From assembly GCA_964016885.1 (NCBI GenBank), contig CAXHJY010000551.1:62001-126000 (forward strand): a stretch of 64,000 nt of DNA, read 5' to 3'. Source of the DNA: Eledone cirrhosa (taxonomy: Eukaryota). The translations under genes were made by a program, and so were the position numbers. Shown here piece by piece: positions 40,012-52,391 of the stretch. Positions within the stretch are counted from its first letter, which is position 1. Every line of letters starts with the position of its first letter. Under the pieces are notes generated by a model, which worked only from the letters and a program-made list of their open reading frames with translations, was not told where the DNA came from and did no database searches.

Positions 40012-41030
40012 AGGTGGATTAGCAGAATCACTAGAGCGTCGAATAAAATACTTTGTGACATTTTGTTCGTCCTTTGTTTAAATACCGCCGAGGTCAACTT
40101 GATTTCATCAATCCGGGATAGATTAAATAAAGGACCACTGAAGTACTTGGGTCGAATTAAAGGCATTTCCCTCTAACTCTTGAGCCTGAATTTAAACCAT
40201 TATTTCGGCAGTATCACTAGAGCGACGAATATCATGCTTCGCAGCATAGAGTTACATCTTTTTACGTTTTGAGTTCAAATCCCGCTGAAGTTAGCTTTGC
40301 CTTTCATCTTTGCGGGGTCGATAAAATAAAGCACTAATAACGTACTGGGGTCGATTTAATCGACATTCCCCACCCCAAAAGTTCTTGGCCTTGTGCCTAA
40401 ATCAGAAACCATTATTTCGTTAGGATTTGTAGAATCGTTAGACCATCGGACGAAATATCTTACCGCATGCAGTCAAAATATATTAGATTTTCAATTAAGA
40501 TTTAATGGAGGTCAACGTTGTTTTACTTTCTTCCAAAGTACAAAGAACAAGGTACTATCTATCTATTGGAATCGAAAGAATTTGAGACATTGAGCCTACG
40601 TTAGTAATACTTATTTGGTTGCAACAGAAAAGTAGATTGACAGAATCAAACAGCATTACCATGTCTAGCAGAATTTAGTTACGATCCATTATGATATGAG
40701 TTCCACAAATCCTACCGATGTCAACTTCGTTTCTCATCATTTCGGGGGCTGGTTTGATAATGTACTAATCGAATATTGTGAAGATATTTATCGACTAATC
40801 ATCAACAATTAAATTTGCGGATGATTTTTCAGAAAGGATTAATTGTTATTAGAGAGTGGTCGGTTCGAACCACTACATTCTTGTTTCAAATCCCGCTGAG
40901 ATAAACTTTGCATATCATTCTAACGGGTTCGATGAACTAAAGAACCAGTAAAGTACGGAGGTTGGTATAATGGATTTTCCCCTTCCTTCCAAAATTGTTG
41001 GGCTTATACCGAAAATATAAACCATTATTT
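40012..41030 (+). mobile_element. Cluster of about five same-orientation SINE copies of different ages
   Basis: Recurrent gcagaatc..tagagc...gttcaaat.ccgc.gaggtcaactt...gtcgat units at ~40012, 40207, 40420, 40612 and 40855. Confidence 0.7.
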
Positions 41031-41956
41031 AGTTACTAATCTTTTGTATTGCGAATTGTTTTTATTGTAGTTATTCAGATCTCGGTCCAGAGTTGCTAGA
41101 TTAACCTACAAGTAGCAGATTAAATGATTTTTCGGAACTGCACGCAATGCTTTTGAACATTCGGTTGGCTTCATACTTACAGAGGAAAGGGCTACAATCT
41201 GCTATTGTTTTTTATCATATTAAAAACAATTATGTAAGTTACACTGTTGGCCAATCAGTAAAATTAGACAGTAGATTATTAATTTGTATATATTAGACGG
41301 TGGATTATTAATTGGCTACTATTTATAGTACATTGAGAGATCGCATAGAAACCCACTGGGGTAATAAAGTGAATCTAAACTTGTTGGTAGCAATTAGACA
41401 TTTGCGTAGTCGAAGTCTGCATTGTCTTTGAAATTACGATGTCAGGTTTACTCTGTGTGTCAAAGTGAAAGTGGCACCTTATATACAACGATCGCCAAAG
41501 TCCGAACAATCTAAGTATTATCTTAATATATCTGGATTATTCCAAATCTATACACATTTCAACAATAAGTAAGTGGTAAAATGTACAATAAAATGTTTCA
41601 AAAGCTCTGGCTTACTCATCCACAATATTCCAGTTGGTTTAGAGAAGTGAAATATTATATATATATATAAACGTTATATAAATTGCGTACGGTTTATGTT
41701 CGGTTCGAAATGATGAAATTTGAAGTTTGATAAGAAAACCTAAGTGAGAAACATGAAGTGCAGTTATGTCCAGAAATGTCAAAATTGGTAAAATGTTTGG
41801 CGCATACTATGGGTGAAATGGAAACGAGGTGATGACAAATTGAATTCTAAGTAGATGGTGTATAGTAAAGAAGTTTATGACAACAGTGACCATTGTAGTA
41901 AATACAGTAATGTACACACACACATGCACACATACACGCACATATATATATATATA

Positions 41957-44900
41957 TCCCCTTCACTTCCACAAACCACAACCCCACCCAACAACCCATC
42001 CCCAACCAGCATGGAAATTGAGCGGCCCGTTTCCCGGGACGCAGAGAGGTAAGTGCCTTTTCTCTTTACCACCAACATGGCTGTGCTAAGAGTAGGGTGT
42101 CTAAATGCGCGTGGCCTGGGCTCGTCTTGGAAGCAAGCAATGCTTCTAAATGACCTCAGGTCACAATCTATAAATGTGATGGTTATCTGCGAGGCCCGGA
42201 TCAGCAGCATGCGACAGCTAGCCCCCACCTTTGACGACTTTGAGATGCACGCATCTCTCTGTCAGCCCGGAGGTGGGGGTGGGGTTGTCGTTCTGCTGCA
42301 AAAACATATGGGCCTTGCAACACAGATAGTTCACTTGGACCCAGGGGGTCGACTGGTGGTGCTGGACCTTGGCAGTGGTGAAGGTAGAGCCTTTAGGCTG
42401 ATAGCCGCATATGCCCCTTTTGGGACAGAGCGGCCCGACTTTTTCCAGCGTCTGGAGTCTTTTCTAGGGACGTCCCGTTCCCTGCTTTTAGTGGGGGATT
42501 GGAATGGTATCCTGGATGCACGTTGGGACTATGCAGGGGCATGTCCCGATAGAGAGGGGTGCAACAGCCTCAAGGGGTTACTCGGCCGATTTGACCTGGC
42601 CGATAGATTTCGACTAGATTTTCCGACGGTGCCAACCTGGTCTTGGTCAAATCGCAGCGGATCATCTAGATCGTACCTAGATAGATTTTTAGTTAGAAAT
42701 AAGGACAGGGACTTTTTAAGTTGTCCAGAAATGCTCATGGTTGGCTATTCAGACCACAAGTTGGTGACCTGCATGGTCAACCTTGATAGAACGCATAGAC
42801 AGGGCCCCGGTTACTGGAAGCTCAACTTGTCCTTGCCGGCAAGTAGAGCCTACAGGAATCGGATTAGTACGTTAGTTAAGGAACAGTTGACTGGAGCGAT
42901 CGTCAACAGCAGGTGGTGGGTATCTCTAAAGAGAGAGATTAGAGTAGTCTCGATTGAATTTAGTAAGGTTCTAGCTGCGGATAGGAATAGGAAGGAAAAG
43001 GAGCTAATAGATAGAGTAGAAGAGGCAATTAGAAGCGGCGACGTGGCCAGGGTGCTAGCGTCGAGAACGGCTTTGAGCCAGTTTTTCGACGCGAAGCACG
43101 AAGGCTGCGTTGTCCGAAGTAAAATACGTGCTCTAGGGAACGAGGGGGCCAAAGCTGTTAGCTGGGCCCGCGTGACAGAGGCCAACAGTGGAACTAAATC
43201 CACCATCCGGTCTTTGCGAGACCTGGATGGACGGGCGATTCTTGAGCCTAAGCAGATGTGTGAGGCCTTTCAAAGGCACTTTGCCCGACTGTTCGGGAGG
43301 GGCGGGGAGCCGGTTGGGAACGTGGACTTCGGTCCATACCTCGACGGCCTGCCGCGCCTCTCGGACAGGGAGGCGAAGTCCTGCGAGGAGCCGATTTCGG
43401 CCGCTGAGATAGAGGACGTGCTGAGCCAATGCGGCAAACGCAAATCCCCGGGTCTCGATGGTCTTCCTTACGAATTATATCTAGCTATGCCGGACTTGTT
43501 CCCCGATCTCCTCGAGGCGGTCTACTGCAACTGGCAACAGAACGGGAGAATTCCCTGTACTGTGACCAAGGGCGTAGTCACGCTAGTGAGGAAGGACGAG
43601 AACAAGGGGGACGAAATAAGTAACTTCAGGCCCATAACTCTGCTAAATACAGAGTTACAGATTTTGGCCAAGGTGCTAGCAAAGAGGTTGGCGCTTGTCG
43701 TGGGCAACCTGGTGGGAGATGCGCAGACATGCGCTATCCCGTCCAGGTCCATCCATGACAACCTCCACCTCATGCGATACATCATAGAGAGGGTTGGGAA
43801 CGAACCCGGCTTTGGTGGGGCTCTGATCAACTTGGATCAATCTAAGGCGTTCGATAGGGTCGACCATGGTTACCTGGATGCGGTGCTAGCGGCGGCAGGC
43901 TTCGGACCCGTTTTCAGGGGCTGGATCACTGCTATGCACAGCAGCCGCATCTGCTCTAGGGTCAAGGTGAACGGCTACCTCTCGGAGCCGTTCAAAATCG
44001 CGCGGTCCATCCGACAAGGGTGCCCTCTCTCCTCCCTTCTGTATGTGTTGACTCTCGAGCCACTACTGCGGAAGTTGGAGTTGTTGCAGGGCATCCCTTT
44101 GGAACCGGGATCTCGGAAAGCGGTGTCAGCCTACGCCGATGATGTGACAGTAATGGTGTCGACGGCCTCCGAAATCGAGGCGGTCGGCACCTTACTGGAG
44201 GAGTACGAAAAGTTCATAGGGGCTAAGCTGAACCGGGACAAGTCGATCGGTTTGCAACTCGGCACGTGGAGGGGCAGACCGATGCCCTCTGATGGCGTCG
44301 TAGGACGCTGGACGGAGGGCCCGGTGAAGTTGCTCGGGGTCTGGTTCGGACCAGACCTCCAGGTGGAGAAAAACTGGGCGGAGGTTACGAACAGGGTGTT
44401 TGCACTGACCCAGAAGTGGGCCAGTTGCAAACTATCCCTGAAAGGTCGGGCGGAGGTGGCGAACACTTATATAGCGTCCGTCATCTACTACCGCCTGGCC
44501 GTAGTGCCCTGCCCAAGGGAAACCCTCACCAAGATGGAGCGCGCGCTCTTCCAATTCCTTTGGAAGAGGCGGGCTCCTATGGTGAGGAGATCCATCTGCT
44601 GTCAACACCCTTCGAAAGGAGGGCTGGGGATGCCGTGGCTAATGATGCGTAAACACGCATTAAGGCTACGGCACCTCTACGTATTCCTCACCCGACAACC
44701 GGTGTGGGCCTCGTTTGTGAGACGAACCTTTCCCAGACTCGTCTCACTCACCGAGCTGCAATCCTGGGTCAAGCAAAGACCGAGAAAACTGGGCGCCTGG
44801 CACACTGAGTGTGCCCAGGCGCTCACCGCCCTCTGGCAGGCGGATCCGGTTATCAGTGGAGACTCCACCGCAACATTCTATAGAGGGCTGGTACGCAGCA

Positions 44901-45779
44901 GGTGCGACGACGCCCTCGGAGAAGCCCTAGACATGGAGGAGGACGAACTGGCCAGCCTGTTCGGTAGGACATTCAGCCCGGGACCTATGGACAACTTCCA
45001 GAAGTCCCTGGCCTGGCAGTGCTACCGAGGGGCGTTACCCGTTCGAGAAAGGCTCTACAGACACGGGCGCCCGGGTAGGGACCCCGCCAAAAAGATCTGT
45101 CCCAGATGCGTGTGCGACGAGGAAACCGTTGCACACGCATTGGTACACTGCTCGGGCGTAGCCGATCTGTGGGGCTATGTCGAACAACTGCTGTCAAGGG
45201 TGGGACCGATCCGGTTGACCACCGAGTCTATTGTAATGATCAAGCCGCCTCCCCCCTTCAAAGATGAAGCAGAGGCGGTGTTTCTGTGCGTAATAGCCAT
45301 GGCGAAAGAGGTTGTATGGTGGACGCGTCTGAAAGGACTGAGGTCAGGCACCTTTCTCTCTGGCCAACAACTGGTCCGTTTCTTCCGATATCATTTCGGA
45401 AGAAGGATCAGGATGGAGAGAGAGGTGCTGCACCCCAGTCGTTTTTATGAAAGGTGGGTGAAAGTGGCGAGAATGGCCCGTGTGAATGGGCCTTCTCTTT
45501 ACATAAGCCTGTAGGTGGAAAAGAGGAAGGAACGAGGGAGCACCCCCTCTCTGTGCTCCTGAGGAAAAGGGTTGCACACTTTTTTCGGGGGAGTGTGCGA
45601 CCCCCCAAGGCGCCTCCTCTCTATTGAGGATTTTGTTAAAAATTTTATTTTTTGTTATATCTTATTTTATTTTTATATTTTGTTATTGCCTCCTCCTTAT
45701 TGAGGACGCCTTTTTGCGTAAACTCCCCCCTTTGTACTTGTCCCACTTTTGATGCCCTAGTGGCAAATAAAAGAAACTT
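41957..45779 (+). mobile_element. 5'-truncated L1/Tx1-clade LINE inserted in a (TA)n tract
   Basis: Starts right after (TA)n with the last codons of ORF1 (PQTTTPPNNPS...R*, homologous to 9245-9330). Then ORF2, a ~265 nt 3' UTR with AATAAA near 45766, and (TA)n again. Confidence 0.93.
42077..45514 (+). CDS. Intact ORF2 (AP endonuclease + reverse transcriptase + C-terminal Cys/His zinc finger) of an L1/Tx1-clade LINE, 1145 aa from the ATG at 42077
   Basis: Uninterrupted ORF. APE motifs (LNARGL, GDWN, YLDRF, SDH), RT motifs (KSPGLDGL, FRPITLLN, LDQSKAFDRV, RQGCPLS, AYADD) and C-terminal CPRC...ETVAHALVHC. Confidence 0.96.
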   Translation: MAVLRVGCLNARGLGSSWKQAMLLNDLRSQSINVMVICEARISSMRQLAPTFDDFEMHASLCQPGGGGGVVVLLQKHMGLATQIVHLDPGGRLVVLDLGSGEGRAFRLIAAYAPFGTERPDFFQRLESFLGTSRSLLLVGDWNGILDARWDYAGACPDREGCNSLKGLLGRFDLADRFRLDFPTVPTWSWSNRSGSSRSYLDRFLVRNKDRDFLSCPEMLMVGYSDHKLVTCMVNLDRTHRQGPGYWKLNLSLPASRAYRNRISTLVKEQLTGAIVNSRWWVSLKREIRVVSIEFSKVLAADRNRKEKELIDRVEEAIRSGDVARVLASRTALSQFFDAKHEGCVVRSKIRALGNEGAKAVSWARVTEANSGTKSTIRSLRDLDGRAILEPKQMCEAFQRHFARLFGRGGEPVGNVDFGPYLDGLPRLSDREAKSCEEPISAAEIEDVLSQCGKRKSPGLDGLPYELYLAMPDLFPDLLEAVYCNWQQNGRIPCTVTKGVVTLVRKDENKGDEISNFRPITLLNTELQILAKVLAKRLALVVGNLVGDAQTCAIPSRSIHDNLHLMRYIIERVGNEPGFGGALINLDQSKAFDRVDHGYLDAVLAAAGFGPVFRGWITAMHSSRICSRVKVNGYLSEPFKIARSIRQGCPLSSLLYVLTLEPLLRKLELLQGIPLEPGSRKAVSAYADDVTVMVSTASEIEAVGTLLEEYEKFIGAKLNRDKSIGLQLGTWRGRPMPSDGVVGRWTEGPVKLLGVWFGPDLQVEKNWAEVTNRVFALTQKWASCKLSLKGRAEVANTYIASVIYYRLAVVPCPRETLTKMERALFQFLWKRRAPMVRRSICCQHPSKGGLGMPWLMMRKHALRLRHLYVFLTRQPVWASFVRRTFPRLVSLTELQSWVKQRPRKLGAWHTECAQALTALWQADPVISGDSTATFYRGLVRSRCDDALGEALDMEEDELASLFGRTFSPGPMDNFQKSLAWQCYRGALPVRERLYRHGRPGRDPAKKICPRCVCDEETVAHALVHCSGVADLWGYVEQLLSRVGPIRLTTESIVMIKPPPPFKDEAEAVFLCVIAMAKEVVWWTRLKGLRSGTFLSGQQLVRFFRYHFGRRIRMEREVLHPSRFYERWVKVARMARVNGPSLYISL

Positions 45780-48264
45780 ATATATATATGTGTGTTGAAG
45801 TAGAGTGCAATTGTTTATGAGAGTCATGAAGTTACTCCATATTTCTACGTGGTGTTTTGCAGTTCCTTGTCGATAACGCCCCTCCCCCACTAAATATTGA
45901 TCGATGTCGGTCAGCTGCAAAGAAAGTAATTGATCATCAGTTCATACTTATGTTATTGCAATAAGCATTTATCTCCCTTTCATATTAACGAGAAATAAAT
46001 TGAACTTATTAACGAGGCTCTAAAACGTTACCATCACACTTGTCTTTGTAATTCACTAAATAGTTTACACCTCTGATCAGTAAAACTAGTAGTAACACAG
46101 TTATTCTCACATTTATCCATTATTTTTACTAGAGCACCACTATCATCACATTGGAAATATCAACGATCATCACTACGAACAACAACGAGGGAGCATTTAT
46201 TTGATTCAGTCTCTCGATTTGGTAATGATAGAAGCGAACCACCCACCCGCCCACTACCATCTTAAAATGTAAGGATTGGTATATAGGCTAATGCAGACTT
46301 GAATGGAATGTCGTAGGGAATAAAGACGGAATGACCACGACTGGAACATTTTTCAATAAAGGTCTACTCAATCATGTTTTAACTTGGCCGACACAACGAA
46401 CAATATCATTCACAGCCCCATCAGAATAACTGCCATCAACACCACCCCAACCAAAAGTCCATTTACCCGCGCGTAAATGTTTCGAGCATTGAGATTTGAA
46501 AACATAAGAAAAACATCATGAGTGAGAATACATACAAATTGTCGATGAAATAATTACAATTGCATTATAACTACTGAGTACTGAACATTCATCCCTCTCC
46601 TAATACCTCATACGAAGGCACTCGTTTCTTCTTTCTTCTTGGGTATGATTAATGACGATGAATAATCACATTGGATTTAATATTGGTCTTGGATTGTTGT
46701 CAGTTGCGTATTATAAATTAGATGAAATAACTTTGAATGTTGTTCTATATTTTTGGTTCATTCGCATTTTTTTTTTTTTTTTTAATATTTCAAATTGATA
46801 TTTTAAAGTCTACAAAAGTAATCTCATTTACAATAGCAAAGAAATTAAAGAGGTGAAAGTCGTGTGATAGTTTAAATGTTAACAGAAATATTTTTTTTTC
46901 ATAGAAGTAAATATGACATGTATATGTGTGACGTATTGTTTTAAGATTCAGTTGTAAAGCTTTGTTAAAAGAATTATGTTGAACGACACTATTTCACCAA
47001 GCGTAATGAAAACGAACAACTGAAATGAATTCCCCATGTAGATAACCTACCATTAAAACCTGTCTTTGTATATACAACAATCTATTTTCAAATACTTCCG
47101 TAAAGCCAGAAAGTTATGAAATGTGTGAGCTAATTACAACTGGAGTAATAAAACTACACATTGTGAGTTCCTATAAAAGATTGTATAGTTGGTACAAATA
47201 TGTCAGCAAGTCCACCAAAAATGTCAGCTGGTCACCGAATTTTAGTTCATCACGGAGTGCACTTAATAGTTGTATAGAAAAAAAACATATATAAAAAATA
47301 ATAAGTGATTTTGCTTTATTCTCCTGCAAATGTAAGGATAGTGTACCATTTATGGTAGGATATTATTTCTTTATATAAAAAAACCCCCAAAAACTATAAA
47401 CCTTTCACTAAATTCTAATACCGCAATATTCTGTTATTGTCTCATATGTAAGATGTTCGCTGATTAAGCAGAGGGCAGGTATTCAAGCACGTCTTAGTGC
47501 TGATAAATCAAAGATTAGTGTTTATAAGTATTAAATGAATTCCAAATTTGAAATGAAAATACTAAAACTAGTCATATTATTTAAAATTTTAATCGCTATC
47601 AATAGCCGCATAAATGATCTAATTTTGAAATACACATGTCAATATCAGATTTCAACCAATGCTGCAATTGTTTACAATTCAACTGAAAATCAGTGGTTGG
47701 TACATTTTTCAACTCTAAAAGAACAAAAACAAGAATCAAAGGGGGAATATATTACAGAGTTTTTCTATCAATTGAATCAACTGCAACGGATCTTCTGAGA
47801 TTTACAAAATCCTGAACATGCGATGCCTGATGAAACTCCTGATTTCTTGCCACTAAAATTATTTCCTTTAGAACCGGATAATACTTTGGTATCTAAATGA
47901 ATATCTCATCGATCTTGGTATTGTGTAAATCTTATATCGATTACTGAAACATACCCACTTTCGGGTAGCATGCCTTAGAAATTGTATAACTGATTTCTAT
48001 CTGATTTTCTCAACATCAAATTTATCCAAGCGCTACTTGCATGCTAGACATTTCAATGTGGTCGTTCAGCCCGTTAAGAAGAGCAGAAAATCCTACTAAA
48101 AACTTGCAATTTACAATTGGCTGTCATGATAAAGGGTGCATTGGACAATGTATGATAGATACACAAAATATCTCGAGGAAAAACAAAATATACCAATACC
48201 ACCACCACCGCCACCCCGACCACCCCCATTACTACTACTACTACTACTACTACTTATTCTACTA

Positions 48265-48306
<42 letters not shown>

Positions 48307-48743
48307 TTACTTAGCCAATCAGTATTAAGTGCCGCTACGAGATTGGAAGACCAACAGTGAGAATTCCGTTTCACAGGCTCGGAACCAACTAAGCATTTAT
48401 AATCTATTCGGGTCAAGCTCATATTTTGGCATTTGAATCTGAAATATGTTTAATTATCAATATGTAAACATACCTGTGTGTCTGTGTATGTATGTGTGCG
48501 TATCTGTGTCTGTATGTGTGTGGGTGTGTGTGTCTGTGTGTGTGTGTGAGTATCTCCTCCACCATGTACACATATTGTCACATTTCCTATTTTATATTTT
48601 CTCATTTATTGAGTCCTGATATAACGAGATACGGATATCCGCTTGAAAACATTCACACGCACATACACACACATACACATAGACAGACACATATACAAAC
48701 TCAGACAAACATACACGCACATGCACACACACACATACATACG

Positions 48744-48775
<32 letters not shown>

Positions 48776-49071
48776 GAGAAGAAAGAAGAATACTGCGTGG
48801 TTGTACATAGGTTACTTGGGCAAATTTGAGGATACTGTTAAAACAAAAGGAAGTGTTGGTAGATGACGGTATATTCTTAGCGGAATAATGTATGTCATAT
48901 AGATCTATGTGGTGCAGTGATGAGTAAGTCCTTATGTCAAAAGAGTGCGCAACAAAACGAGCAGATGAATGCGAGTCAGTCGAAATAATTCTTAAAGGTT
49001 TGTGACAAAAATTCCACATAGAATCATTAAGTTTATGTAGTAAATATATCGATGTGTGTGTGTGTGTGTGT

Positions 49072-49118
<47 letters not shown>

Positions 49119-49165
49119 TTTGTGTGTGTGTGTATGTGTGTGTGTGTGTGTGTGTGTGTTTGTGG

Positions 49166-49288
<123 letters not shown>

Positions 49289-49329
49289 TGTGCGTTTGTT
49301 CATGGAAAAATCTCAAAAAGCCACTCTGA

Positions 49330-49950
49330 CCAATAGGGTATGTACTTCCACTTTGAATCTACTTGTGTATATTCAAAGCTGGTCCACTCTCATCCACCCT
49401 TGTATAAATTTGTTGGAATACAACACCTCCTTCATCACCGACAATTTCCTTTTGAAGTAAAATTTGAAACAGTCTATGAGCAGTGGGCCAACGATGTAGG
49501 TGACTAACTTCAGCCTTTTTAATCTTGTTAGCCACACAACCTCTTTCAACATAGCCACCATCCTATACATGATAGCAGCTGTTCAACATAACACTACAAG
49601 CCAGCAATACTCGTGCACCTAAGGCGGTTTTGTCACTCTACGCACATCACTGATAGACCCGGCTGACGGCACTTCCATACCTATAGAGTTCTACGCGAGA
49701 ACGTCGTTGCTTTTACCAATGACTAAGCCTTTATTGAACGTCAAGTAGGAGTTTCCAACGACCGAATTCCTGATTGTCAGAGGGCTGTGAAAGCTTGATG
49801 ACATTCCAGTCACCAGATTTCTCGTCAACTCATCCCAGTTTTCGTCCACTTGGAGACCCCTATCAATTTAACAGTTCCGGCTGTCCAACGAATGGTCTGT
49901 TTATGCCCTATCTGCATGTCCGCCGAAATGCTCAACTTAAAATGATCTCT
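49330..49950 (-). mobile_element. Old L1/Tx1 ORF2 C-terminal fragment
   Basis: ORF 49373-49570 (VAMLKEVVWLTRLK...FKFYFKRKL..MKEVLYSNKFIQGWMRV) is homologous to the ORF2 end. Confidence 0.75.
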
Positions 49951-50382
49951 AATATTGCCAAATTCAGTAATTTGAGAACCTCAGACTTAACTGGTACTTA
50001 ATTTATTGCCTTTAGAATCACTACCACTTCCTACTCAGAAATATAACACACACGCACATGCGCGCGCGCACACACACACACATACACACACAGAGACAAT
50101 CCCCCCCATATATATATTATATATATATATATATATATGTATCTCTCTCTCTCTAAATATATATATATATGTGTGTGTGTGTATGTGTGTTTTGTGTGTG
50201 TATGTGCGCGTGTGTGTGTGAGTGTATGTGTGTGTTTGTGCGTGTGTATGAGTGTATGTGTGTGTGTGTGAGTGTGTGTGTGTGTAAACAAGCGGTTGAC
50301 ATAAGAAGCATTAAGAAAACTTGAAGTTTGAAATTTGTACCTCCGAATGAAAGTAACCATAATAAAAATGGATTACTATAAA

Positions 50383-50592
50383 TAATGGTTTCTTATATAG
50401 GCACAAGGCCAGCAATTTCTGGACAGTCGATTAAATCGACCCCAGTGCGTGACTGGTACTTTATTTTATCGACCCCGTAAGGATGAAAGGCAAAGTTAAC
50501 CTCGGCGGGATTTGAACTCAGATTATAAAGGCCGTTACTCTATGCTGCAAAGCATGGCGTCCGACTCTCAACCGATACTGCCAATCCACTGT
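50383..50592 (-). mobile_element. SINE, main family, near full length
   Basis: Homologous to 16425-16650. Further diverged copies at ~10924-11000, 13452-13558, 17485-17640, 50680-50810, 51500-51640 and 62860-63020. Confidence 0.85.
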
Positions 50593-51956
50593 AAATAATA
50601 GTTGATAAAGTATCTCTTAAGATGTAAAAATGTTGATAATGACGTCTGCGATGAAGTGTTCTCCGCACCTCTTTTGTGCCGAATAGAGCGTGTTGAGATA
50701 TTAGCTGCTGCTCTCTGCACTGAGTTCAAATCTCATCGAGGTCAGCTTTTCTTTTCATCATTTAGAGGTTGAAATAATATAATACCAGTTCAGTACTAGG
50801 TTCGATTCTTCTATTTCTCCACCTTTCTCACTTGCACTCACTTTCTATCTCTTTTTTTTTTCTGTTTCCCAGGAAATGTTCAAACCCGGCGAAAGTTAGT
50901 TACGCCAGGTTTAAATGCTCAACTAGATTACGACGATACCCTTACAACTCCACCTGGTGTTTAGGACCGATGGCTAAATGGATAATTATTAATTAATACA
51001 GGAACTGGAAGTGGAGACAAAGAATCGGTGAAGACTGTAGGAGACGTGAGTACGTCAGATGAATTTGAGGATTTGTTGTATGCAACTAGCTAAAAGGTTG
51101 ATGGTGTTAAGAGATAATTTCACTACATTAGATGACAAAATGTGACATCAACACTGCAAAATGACGAAATATATTTGACTGTATACTCAGTACACTGTTT
51201 GCGTGGTAAAACTCATTAGTATATGGTGTCGATTAACTAATATATAGTCTGGGTGACAGTTAAACATAATAGATCAGGAGATAGCAGAACACTGTTAGCA
51301 AATTACAAACAACTGATTCCTGTAGTGAGCGAATATTTACATTATAAACCAAAACAGACATTTCTCTCAATGATAAACATTCTGTTGGTTATTCGAATAA
51401 AAGAAATTTACCTTACAAATAAAATATCCATACATTCATCGATACATATGAACCATTCAAAATACACATGTATATATACTCCTGTTTATACTATGAACCG
51501 GCGAGTGGAATATTTTGCGGCATTCGGCCCGGCTCTCTTCGCTCTGATTTCAAATCCTACGAATGTAAACTTTGCCTATCAGTCTTTTGAGGGCTGATAA
51601 AACAAATACTAGTGCAATACTGGAGTCGATTCGCCCTCTATAACTATTTCTCACTTCCTCACTATCACTTTCTCTTCTTCTCTGAAAGAAATCGGTGGCG
51701 TACACACCTGGAAAAGGGATGAGCTCCACCAAGCTTAAAATGTTCCTAGACGTCCATACAACTAAACATGGAGATACTCATACATACATACATAGAAACA
51801 TACATAGATACATACATACATACATACATACATGCATACATAGATACATACATACATACATACATACATGCATACATACATAGAAACATACATAGATACA
51901 TACATACATACATACAAACATACATACATACATACATACATACATACATACATGCA

Positions 51957-52279
51957 TGGCGGCTGCCAACTCGTTTTCGAGTACGGCCACTACTTTATAT
52001 CCATATAGGAGAACTCCTACGAATGCGCTGAACGAGTGTGACTTTTTAGTCCAGCCAGCGACTTGAAAACTCTGGTACAAACACTACACTTGTGACAATT
52101 ATTGACACATAGTGCTGGGCTCATGGTACCATGCGACGACAAGTGCAGAGAGATCTCCAGATATAAAGCAATGCCTGTGCCGTGAAGCTTTTATAGTGAG
52201 CACAGGCACTGCACAAAGCCAGTCCCACTCTCTTAACCAAGATGATATTTACCAAAAAGAAGAACAAGTCGACATCATT
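51957..52279. mobile_element. ~325-bp dispersed repeat embedded in (CATA)n, copy 2
   Basis: Highly similar to 36611-36934. Confidence 0.85.
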
Positions 52280-52354
52280 GGATACCTGCATACATACATG
52301 CATACATACATACATACATGCATACATACATACATACATACATACATACATACA

Positions 52355-52389
<35 letters not shown>

Positions 52390-52391
<2 letters not shown>

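Noticed and set aside
47170-47280. TATA-like box followed by a short ORF (MSASPPKMSAGHRIL...)
   Set aside because: Only ~25 codons with no homology or splice support; expected by chance in AT-rich DNA.
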